A DNA stretch of 63,633 bases from Planctomycetota bacterium (GTDB lineage Bacteria; Planctomycetota; MHYJ01; JACQXL01), in the NCBI GenBank assembly GCA_040753835.1, contig JBFMDM010000001.1, forward strand, positions 1 through 63,633, in the 5' to 3' direction. A model generated the notes under the pieces. It saw only the letters and a list, made by a program, of their open reading frames with translations, did not search any database and was not told where the DNA came from. A program made the position numbers and the translations under genes. This document shows, piece by piece, positions 52,610-62,095 of the stretch. The stretch's first letter is position 1. Each line of letters starts with the position of its first letter.

Positions 52610-55003
52610 TTACTTTACCCCCTTAGGCGAGAGGAAGATATTAAAATTCTGTTCATCCTTGCCCTTGTCAATATTCAGGGTGAATTCAAGATAGAACTCG
52701 TGCAAATCCCGGCGCAGTGAATAACTCCGGTTGATGAAGTTTCCGGCCCGGAAGTCATACTGGTCCGCGATGGACAATTGCCATTTCTCCAGGGGCGAGC
52801 AGGTCAGGTTCAGGCCGTAGGTATCGGTGCGGTCAAGGAGATAATTGCCGAAGAGCGAGACCTTCCAGGTGGAATAGGGCATAAAGGCGGTGTTGAAATA
52901 CCAGGCCTCGCCCACGTGGGTGTTGGTGTTATACTGCCAGATAGTCCTGAACGAGAACGGCGCGGCCGGCGTAAGCAGGACGTCCAGGTTGAGGTCCGAG
53001 ATTTTCCGCTCCGGGAAATCGTTGTTCTCCACCGGCGGAATGGTCAGGGCGCTCATCGGATAGAGATAATTTGAGGCCGGGTTGGTAATCGGCCTGGAGT
53101 AGCGTTCCATAGACAGCCCGATGTCCAGGAATTCGTTATAGGTTCCCTTGTGCTCGGACTTAAAGCGGTTGCGGATTTCAAAATACCATTCGCCCATCTC
53201 GTCATAGCGGTCTGTATTGTCAAAGTAATATAAATCCGAGGATGGGACGTTTACCGAACTGTGGTTGGCATAACGGACGTCAAAGGAGACGGTGTGGATG
53301 GGCTTGGAGATGCCCAATGGTTTCTCCTTGAGGTCAAATTGGCGCGAGAGTTGGGTGTAAAAACGGCCGCCTTCAGAGGCGATAAACCGGGTTGCGTAAT
53401 CAGTGTCCTGCAGGGTTTTGTTATAGCCGGTCCAGCGGCCGGCTACAAAGGGCGTGAACCGGGTGACGCCGAGGTCTATCGGCGCTGAGAGTTCGTTGAA
53501 GGAGTCAACCCGGTTGGCCTGATAGCCGGGCTGTTCAGGCAGTTCGTCCAGCGCCCGGCGCGGGGTGGAGAACTCCATTGTCCCGGAATAATATACCAGG
53601 GGCGTTGAGCCGGTAAACCAGACCGGCTCGTTCATCATATACGTCTTAAGCGCGGGCTGGTATTCGGTCTTGTTCTGGTAGTTGGTCATTGTGGGCTGGC
53701 CGAGCAGGGTCAGGGCCTTATTGTAGCGCAAATAACGCAGGTAAAAATAGGATTCGGGCGGTTTGTGTTCCTTGTATTCGTCGTTAAAGAATTCGGGCAG
53801 GAAGTAGCGGTCCGAAAGATTATACATCTCCACGTCCAGCCGCAGGTTCGGATTGTTGTTGCCGGTCTGGGCCTGTCCCGGCGTGAGATTCTGGCGGTGG
53901 AATGAATGTATGCGTCCGCGCTCCTCGTTGACGACCGAGTCCATTGCCTGGGGCGTCTGGTAAATGAGCGTGCTGTAGCGCAGGTCCGGGTCAGGCCCCT
54001 TGTCGTTGATATAATAGCCCTTGACAAAACCCTCGTATTTGCCCCAGTCGTATTCCAGTTGCGCCTCAGAGGCCAGGCCGCGCTTTTCGTAGATATGCTC
54101 ATCCAGCGTCAGGTCGCCCCAGAGTTTGGTCTTGTAATAGCCGTCCCGGTCTTTGGCTATTTCCCCTTTTTCATCGCGGACGTATTTTGCGAGATTCATA
54201 CCCAGTTTCACATCCGTGCTTTTGCCCAGCCGGTTGGATGTGGAAAAGCGGACGCCCCTGATGATGGAATCCTCGCCCAGGGTCTTGCTGTAATAAGGGA
54301 TGTAGAAAACCGGGATGCCGATGATATGCGGGACGAGATGATAGGTGGTTACGTGCTTGCCGGATTCGTCCCTGACGAACGAAATCTGATGGGCCCAGAA
54401 ATAATAATGGGGCTGGCCGTGCGGGCAGGAAGTGACCGAGGCGTTGCGGGCGATAATCGTGTTCTTGTCCGTCTGGTAGGCGATATTGGCCCGGACCACC
54501 AGGGAAAGTTCCTGTCCGTCCCGGCCCTTGGCCGAGGTCCGTATTTCCAGGTTGATAAGGATGCCGGTGTCGTTGTAAAAGTTATAATAGAAGCGGTCGG
54601 CGGACAAAAGGTCGTTCTCGCTGATGACCTTGACGTTGCCCTCGGCGTAGACCTCATCAAAGATAATATCCTTGTCGTGCGCGGGATTGCCGGTCCTGGC
54701 CTTGTTGCGGGCAATGAGGGTGTCGGCCTTGAGGATCTTGCCGGCCTGGTAGAGTTCCACCTTGTTGGTAAAGACCGTAATCTGGACGCTGTCCTCCTTG
54801 CGGATTTCCATCTGGCCGTAGCGGACATAGGCCGAGGGCTCGGGTTTTTGGGGCGCGGCCTCTTCGGCCTTGGGCGCAGGCGCGGCGTCTTTGGCGCCCC
54901 CGTTCTTCTCCTGGGCCGGGGAAAGGAACGGCATATTGATAAACAGCCCGAGGCAGAATGTTAATAGCAAACTGAAACCGGATTTCATAATATCCATCTT
55001 CAT
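52610..55003 (-). CDS. lptD: LPS-assembly outer-membrane protein LptD/OstA-like
   Basis: Signal peptide, an OstA-like N-terminal beta-jellyroll (VELYQAGKILKADTLIA...EGNVKV), and a ~600-aa Tyr/Asn-rich beta-barrel. Confidence 0.6.
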   Translation of the reverse strand: MKMDIMKSGFSLLLTFCLGLFINMPFLSPAQEKNGGAKDAAPAPKAEEAAPQKPEPSAYVRYGQMEIRKEDSVQITVFTNKVELYQAGKILKADTLIARNKARTGNPAHDKDIIFDEVYAEGNVKVISENDLLSADRFYYNFYNDTGILINLEIRTSAKGRDGQELSLVVRANIAYQTDKNTIIARNASVTSCPHGQPHYYFWAHQISFVRDESGKHVTTYHLVPHIIGIPVFYIPYYSKTLGEDSIIRGVRFSTSNRLGKSTDVKLGMNLAKYVRDEKGEIAKDRDGYYKTKLWGDLTLDEHIYEKRGLASEAQLEYDWGKYEGFVKGYYINDKGPDPDLRYSTLIYQTPQAMDSVVNEERGRIHSFHRQNLTPGQAQTGNNNPNLRLDVEMYNLSDRYFLPEFFNDEYKEHKPPESYFYLRYLRYNKALTLLGQPTMTNYQNKTEYQPALKTYMMNEPVWFTGSTPLVYYSGTMEFSTPRRALDELPEQPGYQANRVDSFNELSAPIDLGVTRFTPFVAGRWTGYNKTLQDTDYATRFIASEGGRFYTQLSRQFDLKEKPLGISKPIHTVSFDVRYANHSSVNVPSSDLYYFDNTDRYDEMGEWYFEIRNRFKSEHKGTYNEFLDIGLSMERYSRPITNPASNYLYPMSALTIPPVENNDFPERKISDLNLDVLLTPAAPFSFRTIWQYNTNTHVGEAWYFNTAFMPYSTWKVSLFGNYLLDRTDTYGLNLTCSPLEKWQLSIADQYDFRAGNFINRSYSLRRDLHEFYLEFTLNIDKGKDEQNFNIFLSPKGVK

Positions 55004-55202
55004 AGTTTATATTCCCGCAAAGTCAAACAAAACCGCCCAAAACTTGACCCGGTTAGAAATACATATTATTATAACTTATATATAGACAGGCGTCTCAGGC
55101 ATGACAACCGCAGATTTCACCGATTAAAATCGGTGTTACCTGCCCGCCGAAGCATCGGCGCAGGCGGGTCTGCGAAATCTGTGGTTACGAAGTTTTCTGG
55201 AC

Positions 55203-55275
55203 GCTCCCGTAGCTCAACTGGATAGAGCACTGGCCTCCGGAGCCAGGAGTACAGGTTCAACTCCTGTCGGGAGTA
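55203..55275 (+). tRNA. tRNA-Arg (anticodon CCG), no encoded CCA
   Basis: Cloverleaf folded by hand: acceptor GCTCCCG/CGGGAGT (G1-U72), D arm GCTC-AACTGGATA-GAGC, anticodon arm CTGGC-CTCCGGA-GCCAG, T arm ACAGG-TTCAACT-CCTGT. Confidence 0.9.
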
Positions 55276-55368
55276 ATACCCCCAGCCGGCCTTAAAATAA
55301 ATAATTATTTTCTTGATTTCTGCGGGGTAATATGTTAAATTAGGCGTTATCAAAAGGAGGGTATTATT

Positions 55369-55839
55369 ATGGCCAATATTGTTGAATGTCCGCTTTGCGA
55401 TACCAAGTATGATATCAGTTCCCTGAAGGACGGGATGAAACTGAAATGCACCCGCTGCCATAAGGTGGTTGGCACAATCAGCGGCGGAGCGCTGTTGCCG
55501 ATTCTGGAGACCATCAAGGCGCCGGCGATGCTGAAGAAAGCGCCGCCGCCTCCGCCGCGCCAGGTGGTGGAAGAGGTCTACGAAGGCGACGAGGGCGAAT
55601 ACGAAGAGGTTATCGTCCGCAAGCGGGTTCCCAGGGGAATGGGGCACCGCCAGGGAATGGCAATGGAACCGGCCGTGCCGCGGGAAAAGCCGCCCCTGAT
55701 GCTGATGCTGGCCGGATTAGCCGGGCTGGCCGCGGTCGTTACAGTTGTCTATGTCACGGTGATGCTTTATCAGCCATTCAAGGCGCCGTCCAGGAACACA
55801 GATAAGGCCGTTGCGAGCGACACCAACCCTGAGAAATAA
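55369..55839 (+). CDS. MJ0042-type zinc-ribbon protein with C-terminal TM segment
   Basis: VECPLCDTKYDI...LKCTRCHKVV and TM LMLMLAGLAGLAAVVTVVYVTVML. Confidence 0.65.
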   Translation: MANIVECPLCDTKYDISSLKDGMKLKCTRCHKVVGTISGGALLPILETIKAPAMLKKAPPPPPRQVVEEVYEGDEGEYEEVIVRKRVPRGMGHRQGMAMEPAVPREKPPLMLMLAGLAGLAAVVTVVYVTVMLYQPFKAPSRNTDKAVASDTNPEK

Positions 55840-55851
55840 CTCTGCGCTAAA

Positions 55852-57441
55852 ATGGGAAACGCTTTGTGGCTGAATCTCGGCGAAATGCTCAGGGTCAATT
55901 CCGCAAAATATCCCAACAAGACCGCTTTCAAGGATAAAACTGTTTCGCTTACCTTCAGCGGGCTGAACGCGCGGGTCAACAAACTGGCCCATCTCCTGCT
56001 GGGCTTGGGGCTGAAAAAGGGCGACAAGGTTTCCTGCTTCCTGGAGAACTGCCTGGAGATAGTGGAGTTATACCTGGCCTGCGCCAAGACCGGCATCATC
56101 ATAAATCCCATAAACTTCCGCCTGGACGCGCAGGACGTGTCTTACATCATCAACGATGCGGACAGCAGGGCGCTTTTCTTCCACAGCGAATTTGCTCCGG
56201 TGATTGAGCCAATCCGGAATTCACTGCCGCAGATTAAGCATTATTTTACCGTCGCTTCTGATGCCGGCAAGGCAGGCCTGCCTGCCGTCCCGTTTCGGAC
56301 GGGACAGGCAGGCGCGTCCGATTACGAGTCCGCAATAAAGGATATGCCGGCGTCCGAGCCGGACTGCAGGGTCAGGCACGAGGATATCTGGGTGCTGTTA
56401 TACACCTCAGGCACCACCGGGAAACCCAAGGGCGTCCTGCGCTCCCACGAGTCATACGTCGCCTTCTATCTCATTAACGCAGGCGACTTCGGGTTTACGC
56501 CCGACGATGTCTGCCTTAATGTAATGCCGCTCTGCCATGTCAATACCACCTTTTTCTCTTTCACCATAACCTATCTGGGCGGGAGCGTTTATGTCCATCC
56601 GGCCCGGCACTTTGAACCGGCCGATATCCTGCGGATTATAGAAAAGGAAAAGATAACCTTCATTTCGCTGATACCCACGCACTATCACCTTCTGTTAAAT
56701 CAGCCCGGGGAGGTCCTCCGGAAATACGATGTCTCGTCAATAAGGAAACTGCTTTGCTCCTCGGCGCCGGCCCGGGGCGATATCAAACAGCGGGTAATGG
56801 ATTATTTTAGGGGCGTGGAATTATACGAGGGCTACGGTTCAACCGAGGCCGGCATCGTCACGGTCTTGCGGCCGTCAGAGCAAATGTCCAAGGTCGGCTC
56901 CATCGGCCGGGAATCCTCCGGCACGGACTGCATCAAACTGCTGGACAAGGACCATAAAGAAGTTGCGGCCGGCCGGGTGGGCGAACTGTATTCGCGCGGG
57001 CCGATGCTCTTCAGCGGCTATTACAAACTGCCGGAAAAGACCAAGTCCTCATTCTGCGGCGAGTGGTTCTCGGCCGGCGATATGGCGCGCCGGGACGCGG
57101 ACGGCTATTACTATCTGGTTGACCGCAAGGACAATATGATTATCTCGGGCGGCGAGCATATCTATCCTTCCGAGGTGGAGGAAGTCCTGATGCGCCATCC
57201 CGGGATATTTGAGGCCGCGGTCATCGGAGTGCCTGATGACAAATGGGGCGAGAAGGTGGTTGCGATTGTGTCGCTGAAAGACAATGCCCCGGCTGATGAA
57301 GATGAGATTATAGAATTCTGCCGCGACAAGATGGCATCCTACAAAAAGCCCAAGACCGTGAAATTCATTCCGGCAAAAGATATGCCCCGGACGGCCAGCG
57401 GCAAGATTCTGCACCGCGAATTGCGGCGGTTATTTTCCTGA
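55852..57441 (+). CDS. AMP-dependent acyl-CoA synthetase/ligase
   Basis: AMP-binding motif LLYTSGTTGKPKGV, YGSTE and GDMARRDADGYYYLVDRKDNMI. Confidence 0.9.
   Translation: MGNALWLNLGEMLRVNSAKYPNKTAFKDKTVSLTFSGLNARVNKLAHLLLGLGLKKGDKVSCFLENCLEIVELYLACAKTGIIINPINFRLDAQDVSYIINDADSRALFFHSEFAPVIEPIRNSLPQIKHYFTVASDAGKAGLPAVPFRTGQAGASDYESAIKDMPASEPDCRVRHEDIWVLLYTSGTTGKPKGVLRSHESYVAFYLINAGDFGFTPDDVCLNVMPLCHVNTTFFSFTITYLGGSVYVHPARHFEPADILRIIEKEKITFISLIPTHYHLLLNQPGEVLRKYDVSSIRKLLCSSAPARGDIKQRVMDYFRGVELYEGYGSTEAGIVTVLRPSEQMSKVGSIGRESSGTDCIKLLDKDHKEVAAGRVGELYSRGPMLFSGYYKLPEKTKSSFCGEWFSAGDMARRDADGYYYLVDRKDNMIISGGEHIYPSEVEEVLMRHPGIFEAAVIGVPDDKWGEKVVAIVSLKDNAPADEDEIIEFCRDKMASYKKPKTVKFIPAKDMPRTASGKILHRELRRLFS
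56271..56313. repeat. In-frame GC-rich hairpin inside the acyl-CoA synthetase gene
   Basis: GCCTGCCGTCCCGT-ttcgg-ACGGGAC(A)GGCAGGC is preceded by the 12-nt palindrome ggcaggcctgcc. It is read as GKAGLPAVPFRTGQAGA. Confidence 0.7.
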
Positions 57442-57918
57442 GTTTTTGCCTTCCAGGTCCTTGATGCGTTTTTCCAGTTCCTCAATGCGCCTTTTCAGGG
57501 CGGCGTTGTCGTTATTTAAGCTCAACAGCGCGTTTTCCAGTTCCCGGACCCGCCGTTTTGCGTCCGCGGTCTCTTCTTTAAGGGCCGGAATGGTCTTGGT
57601 CAGCTTGGCGTTCTCGTCTTTTAACTGCTTGTTCTTCTGGACCAACTCCTTGTTTTCTTTTACGGCGGCTTCCTTTTCCTGGACTGCGCCGCTTGCCTCG
57701 GCCTTTAACAGGGCTATTTCGTCTCCCAGTTCCTTTATCCTGGTCTGAAGGCCCGACACCTTATCGGCCTCGGCCAAAGCCTTATTGAGATTTTCCCGCA
57801 CCTCTTCCAGCGCCTTCTCGGCCCGGGCGCAACGGTCCTGCAACAGTTTCGTCTTGTTGTCGCAGCCAACAGCGGCCAGCAATATGGCGCAGACAGAAAC
57901 AATTAACATATTTTTCAT
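57430..57918 (-). CDS. Coiled-coil lipoprotein
   Basis: Lipobox LLAAVGC, with a heptad-rich K/E/L remainder. The 3' end overlaps the convergent acyl-CoA synthetase gene by 12 nt. Confidence 0.65.
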   Translation of the reverse strand: MKNMLIVSVCAILLAAVGCDNKTKLLQDRCARAEKALEEVRENLNKALAEADKVSGLQTRIKELGDEIALLKAEASGAVQEKEAAVKENKELVQKNKQLKDENAKLTKTIPALKEETADAKRRVRELENALLSLNNDNAALKRRIEELEKRIKDLEGKNSGK

Positions 57919-57932
57919 AGACGCACCTCCAT

Positions 57933-59315
57933 TTACTTCGCCGCGGCCTGCAACTTGTTTACCCGGTCGCTGACATCGCGGTAACTGATGTCCACCTCCA
58001 TTATTTTCTTGTATTCGGAGATGGCCTGTTCGCGGTTCTGGTTATATTCATAAGCCAGGGCCAGGTTATACCTGATGGCCTTGGCGTATTCGTTGGTCAG
58101 AGCCCCGCCTTCAAGGGCCTTGGTGAATTGCCCGACCGCCATATCGTAGAGTTTCTTGGCGATGAAGCAGAGCCCGAGATAATTCAACGAGTCGGTCTTG
58201 AGTTTATGGTCGCGCAGAGAGGCCTGGAACTCGGCCACGGCCTCGTCATACTGCTTGGCGTCGTAAAACGCCCGGCCCAACTGGTAGCGGTAAATCAGGT
58301 TGGTCGGGTATAACTTAACCCGCTGGCGGTATTCCTCTATCCGGAAATTGTTCTTCTCCTGCTGCGCCCTGGCCAGCGCCTCCTTGAGCTTATGATTGCC
58401 CGGCTCGGATTTCAGTTCCTGTTGGAGTTCCCTGATGCGCTCGTCAAAGACCTGAACCTTAATATCCCCGATTTTCATTGAGAGCGACCCGTCCGCGGGC
58501 GCCAGTTTCATGGCCTGCTCGTAAGTGGCCAGCGCCGCGCTGAAATCCTTCTGCCTGCTTTGCAGTTCCCCGATTTTCTTCAGGAACCGCACGTTGTCCG
58601 GGCTCTGCGGGTTCTGGTTGACGATGCCCTTGAGCCGGCTGATTTCCTGGGGGATGTCGCTGTCCTTGACGAATTGGGTCTCCTTTTCCAGTTCCTGGGC
58701 GGTCTTGGTATCCTTGACGATATCGCGGGATGACTTGGCCGTGGACCAGCCGCCCTCATGCAGGGTGGTCAAAGCGGCCAGGTCCTTCAGGGCCCGGGTG
58801 GCCTGCAAATCAGAGGGTTTTAAGGCCAGGGCTTTTTCGTAATAGAACTGGGCCTTTTTGACGTCGTTCTTGAGCCGGTAGAGTTCGCCCAGTGATTTCA
58901 TCGCCCGGGCGTCGCGCGTCTTTAAGGCGGCCAGCGCCTCAAATTCCTCTATGGCGCTGTCCGTGTAATTCAGGTTCTCCAATGCGCTGCCTACAATCAT
59001 CCGGCCCCAGATGCTGTAGGGATTCCGGGACAGGAACTCCTCGCCGGCCTGCAGGACTATGCCGTATTTCTTCAGCAGGGAAAACAGGCAAATCTTGATG
59101 ACCGGGAACAGTCCGGTGACAAAGGCCAGATACGGCGAAGGCGCGGTCTTTTGGATTTCGCACCGGCCCACCGAACTGGCCCTGAGGATTTTGCGGGCCT
59201 GGGCGCTGGACGGGTTGAATTCAAGAATCTGCCGGGCCAGGTCTATGGCGTAGTCGTAATTGCGCTTGTCAAATGCCTCCTGGGCCTTGGCGGACAGTTT
59301 CTCGGTGTCTATCAT
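57933..59315 (-). CDS. TPR-repeat protein
   Basis: Multiple 34-residue A..Y..AL...P motifs; 460 aa. Confidence 0.75.
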   Translation of the reverse strand: MIDTEKLSAKAQEAFDKRNYDYAIDLARQILEFNPSSAQARKILRASSVGRCEIQKTAPSPYLAFVTGLFPVIKICLFSLLKKYGIVLQAGEEFLSRNPYSIWGRMIVGSALENLNYTDSAIEEFEALAALKTRDARAMKSLGELYRLKNDVKKAQFYYEKALALKPSDLQATRALKDLAALTTLHEGGWSTAKSSRDIVKDTKTAQELEKETQFVKDSDIPQEISRLKGIVNQNPQSPDNVRFLKKIGELQSRQKDFSAALATYEQAMKLAPADGSLSMKIGDIKVQVFDERIRELQQELKSEPGNHKLKEALARAQQEKNNFRIEEYRQRVKLYPTNLIYRYQLGRAFYDAKQYDEAVAEFQASLRDHKLKTDSLNYLGLCFIAKKLYDMAVGQFTKALEGGALTNEYAKAIRYNLALAYEYNQNREQAISEYKKIMEVDISYRDVSDRVNKLQAAAK

Positions 59316-59464
59316 AATGCGTTGATTTTATACCAAAACCGCTAATGCGGTGGCAAGAAATAAATGTCATAAAAAACTTCTTTTACCGCAAAGACTGCAA
59401 AGCAGCCGCGTCCAGCGAACAAAGCGAACTTTACTGCCCCTTATCCCGTAGCAAAGCGGAGGGG

Positions 59465-60439
59465 CTACATTATATAACCGACGACTGTAATGTATAGCGT
59501 CAATGTAGCAGACCATGGACCGCCCACGGACTCCAACGCGTACTCAATCGTCCTCGGTCCTGTTCCCACCACCAGCGGCACTATCCCCTGATTGGCCACC
59601 TGCGAATTCGCGCCCGGAATCAAACCCAAGCCGAGCGCGTCGCGCTGGTCAGTATTAGTCCGGACCCTGAAGAACGCCCGGCCTGTGGCAAATGCCTGGT
59701 TGAACATCCCCAGTTGCAGAATCACGGCCTTGGCCTGCGCCGGAATCCAGGGACTCAAATCAAAGGCCGTATAAGGAATATCCGCGGAGATGCCGGTCAG
59801 GTAAAGCACATCAGCCGAACCCAGTCCGGTGAGTAATGTCCCGAAGGTAAAGCGGTCTCCGCCTCCGATACCAGCCGCCAATTTCTCCTGCGTCACCGCG
59901 CCGTTCTGGATTTTCTCCGTACTGACACTGCCTACTGCCAACTCACTACTGCCTACTGCTCCAGATTGTATTTCGCTGGAGCCAATCGCATTAGCCGCAA
60001 TCTTTGAGGCCGTAACTGCGTTATTCGCTAACTTGGCATTGGTTACGGCTCCATCCACCAAATCCTCTGTTCTGACGCTCTGGTCTGCGACCTTTTCTCT
60101 GGTAATTGCGCCGTTGGCAATCTTCTCTGTGGTTATTGCCCCGGCCACTATCTTGCCTGAGGTAATTGAGCCGTCTGCAATCTTTTCGTTAGTCACGCTG
60201 GCCGATTGCAACTTATCATTGGTTACTGCCTTACTGGCTATTTTTACGGCGCTAACTGAACCGTCTACTAATTCATCAGTTCCGACCACACCATCGGCAA
60301 TCTTGCGCCTGGTTACCACACCGTCCTTGATATGTTTTTCCTCAATAGCGTCATTGGCTATTTTCTCGCCCGTGGCCGATTGCGGGCTTAGGTGTTTTGT
60401 TTTGATTTCGTTGAGTCGGTCGTACAAAGTCCTTGCCAT
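59465..60439 (-). CDS. B-family protein, copy B3: ~16 eleven-residue repeats + GGGDR hinge + conserved C-terminal domain
   Basis: SD AAAGGAG. Repeats look like DGSITSGKIVAGAITTEKIANGAITREKVAD. The C-terminal ~120 aa are near-identical to 1-377 and 27063-27420. Confidence 0.85.
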   Translation of the reverse strand: MARTLYDRLNEIKTKHLSPQSATGEKIANDAIEEKHIKDGVVTRRKIADGVVGTDELVDGSVSAVKIASKAVTNDKLQSASVTNEKIADGSITSGKIVAGAITTEKIANGAITREKVADQSVRTEDLVDGAVTNAKLANNAVTASKIAANAIGSSEIQSGAVGSSELAVGSVSTEKIQNGAVTQEKLAAGIGGGDRFTFGTLLTGLGSADVLYLTGISADIPYTAFDLSPWIPAQAKAVILQLGMFNQAFATGRAFFRVRTNTDQRDALGLGLIPGANSQVANQGIVPLVVGTGPRTIEYALESVGGPWSATLTLYITVVGYIM

Positions 60440-60569
60440 AACACATTACTCCTTTCGCATTCCCGAACTTATGGTCCGGGCATAAATGTAATTTTGTTTG
60501 TTCGTCGTAGTAAAACGCCATATTTTCACACTGGCGGTTTTTTTGGCTTAACGCCTCGCATTGTTTCAT
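60351..60569 (-). CDS. Possible small Cys/His protein between A2 and B3 (overlaps the B3 start out of frame)
   Basis: SD-like GGAAAAAGGA. The N-terminus MKQCEALSQKNRQCENMAFYYDEQTKLHLCPDH has a C..C...C..H spacing. The downstream half overlaps B3 and may not be real. Confidence 0.3.
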   Translation of the reverse strand: MKQCEALSQKNRQCENMAFYYDEQTKLHLCPDHKFGNAKGVMCYGKDFVRPTQRNQNKTPKPAIGHGRENSQ

Positions 60570-60588
60570 AAATTATCCTTTTTCCTCT

Positions 60589-60625
60589 GCCCTAACCCTC
60601 TCCCCCTTAGGGGAGAGGGCAGGGC
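60589..60625 (-). promoter_or_regulatory. Strong stem-loop immediately downstream of A2
   Basis: GCCCT-aa-CCCTCTCCCC-ctta-GGGGAGAGGG-c-AGGGC. Confidence 0.5.
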
Positions 60626-60643
60626 GAGGGGTTAATCTGTGGT

Positions 60644-61438
60644 CTACACCTTCCAGATTTGTGTCTGGAGTTTGAGTTGGCCGTCCTCCACATACCATAC
60701 ACAGTAGGACTTATCCGCTGTAATGGCCGCCACCCAATCCGTTGCCTTGGCTGGGTCTGACATTCTTTCCAACGCATCTTTAATCCTGCCGTTATGCTTT
60801 GTCAGCATCGCCGAATCAAACCCGGATTCGTTGATGATGACGCCGGTCTGAATTAAAAGTTGGGTTAAGGCCGCTCTCAGGGTTGCCCGCAAGCCGTTTG
60901 AGGAGATGTCGTATGGACCGCCATCCAGTACTTGTGAGCCATCGGGCAGCCGCTGGGTTGCCTGGATATCGCCTGTCAGCCAATAGCCCATTACCGAGGC
61001 CACCTGCCTGCCTCTGGCGCGCGAGCCGGTGAAACGCAGTGTCCCACGGGCCGCCTCTTCGTCCCAGTTTGACTGCTTTGCGGTAACCGCATCCTTGAAC
61101 CGCTTGGCATAGACGCCGTCCACCTCCTCAAAGGCGTGGTCCAGGCCGTCGTTATACTTGTCGTATGACCTGAGAATCTTTCCGCGATGCATAGTATAGA
61201 TATCCGCGGCATCACGATCGCCCTGTGTTGAGGTCGGGAAATTAACCCGGTTCTTGAATTTGTCCGCAGCCGGAGTGGCAATAACCTGGCCGAAAGTCCC
61301 GTCGTTGCCTATCCGCTCCTTACGCCGGTTGTTGATGGTCTCGGCGTTGTTAATCAGGCCGCTGACCCGCTTTTCGGACATATCCGAATGTGGCGTAATC
61401 AGTGCCGCCACCGGCACTATAAGTTTTGTGCGTATCAT
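60644..61438 (-). CDS. A-family protein, copy A2 (264 aa, soluble, unknown function)
   Basis: SD AAAGGA; a paralog of 28031-28837. Confidence 0.8.
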   Translation of the reverse strand: MIRTKLIVPVAALITPHSDMSEKRVSGLINNAETINNRRKERIGNDGTFGQVIATPAADKFKNRVNFPTSTQGDRDAADIYTMHRGKILRSYDKYNDGLDHAFEEVDGVYAKRFKDAVTAKQSNWDEEAARGTLRFTGSRARGRQVASVMGYWLTGDIQATQRLPDGSQVLDGGPYDISSNGLRATLRAALTQLLIQTGVIINESGFDSAMLTKHNGRIKDALERMSDPAKATDWVAAITADKSYCVWYVEDGQLKLQTQIWKV

Positions 61439-61628
61439 AGTTTTATCCTTTCTTAGGGACTGTTAGACCGAAGGAAGTTATCCGCCAAAGGCGGATCCGC
61501 CTCCGGAGGACAGTCCCTTAGACCCGCCTCTGGCGGGTATTGTAATCAGCCGGTGGGCTAGCTGCGTCTTGCCCCCCGATGGTAATTCGGGGTGACGCCG
61601 ATAGCCAGCCGCACCGGGCTGGTAAAGT

Positions 61629-61721
61629 TTACTGTTTGGTTTTTTCCTTCAGAATCTCCAGGACAATCTCCACGACCATCCGGATGATTTTCCTCCAGAA
61701 ATCGGAAATCATTTTGGCCAT
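61629..61721 (-). CDS. Possible 30-aa amphipathic peptide upstream of A2
   Basis: Strong SD AAGGAGGG lies 5 nt before the ATG. The peptide is MAKMISDFWRKIIRMVVEIVLEILKEKTKQ. It is not in the ORF track because it is too short. Confidence 0.35.
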   Translation of the reverse strand: MAKMISDFWRKIIRMVVEIVLEILKEKTKQ

Positions 61722-62004
61722 AAGCCCTCCTTTTCTTACTGGCTGTTCGGCCGCGGAAGTTGACCTGCGCTCCCCGAATACTTTCGGAGTGCTCGGAGTC
61801 ACGCTTCGCTTAGTTCCAGCCAGTTATCCGCCAAGGGCGCTCGCCTCGCCAGGCGCCGCCCGAAGGCGAGCCTCGCCAAAGGCGGGAAGCCGGCGGGGCT
61901 TTCAATGAGTGCTTAACCACAAAGGACACTAAGACCGTCCCGAAAGCATTCGGGGTGCGCTTTGTGGTTATATCTTTTGACGATCTGGGCTCAAACAGGC
62001 CATG

Positions 62005-62040
62005 AAAAAACCCCATACTCCGATTGCTCAAAGTATAGGG
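62005..62040 (-). terminator. Rho-independent terminator after the sigma/S24 gene pair
   Basis: On the minus strand: CCCTATACT-ttgagcaatcgg-AGTATGGGG followed by TTTTTT. Confidence 0.6.
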
Positions 62041-62095
62041 TTGTTATTGAATCAACGCCTGTGTGTTTGGATTGTTGCCTTTGCCCAGCCGCCGG

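Noticed and set aside
53906-54964. A 352-aa plus-strand ORF (and a 159-aa minus-strand alternative frame) inside the LptD-like gene.
   Set aside because: It is antisense or out of frame to a gene with clear OMP features. Its composition (Gly/Val/Asp/Arg-rich, no motifs) is typical of shadow ORFs in moderately GC-rich DNA.
61579-62031. ORFs of 109 aa (+) and 73 aa (-) in the spacer between the S24 gene and A2.
   Set aside because: They are composed of hairpin-module DNA (ccgccaagggcg, gcccgaaggcgagcctcgccaaaggcgg) giving Arg/Pro/Gly-rich strings. They have no SD and overlap the predicted terminator.
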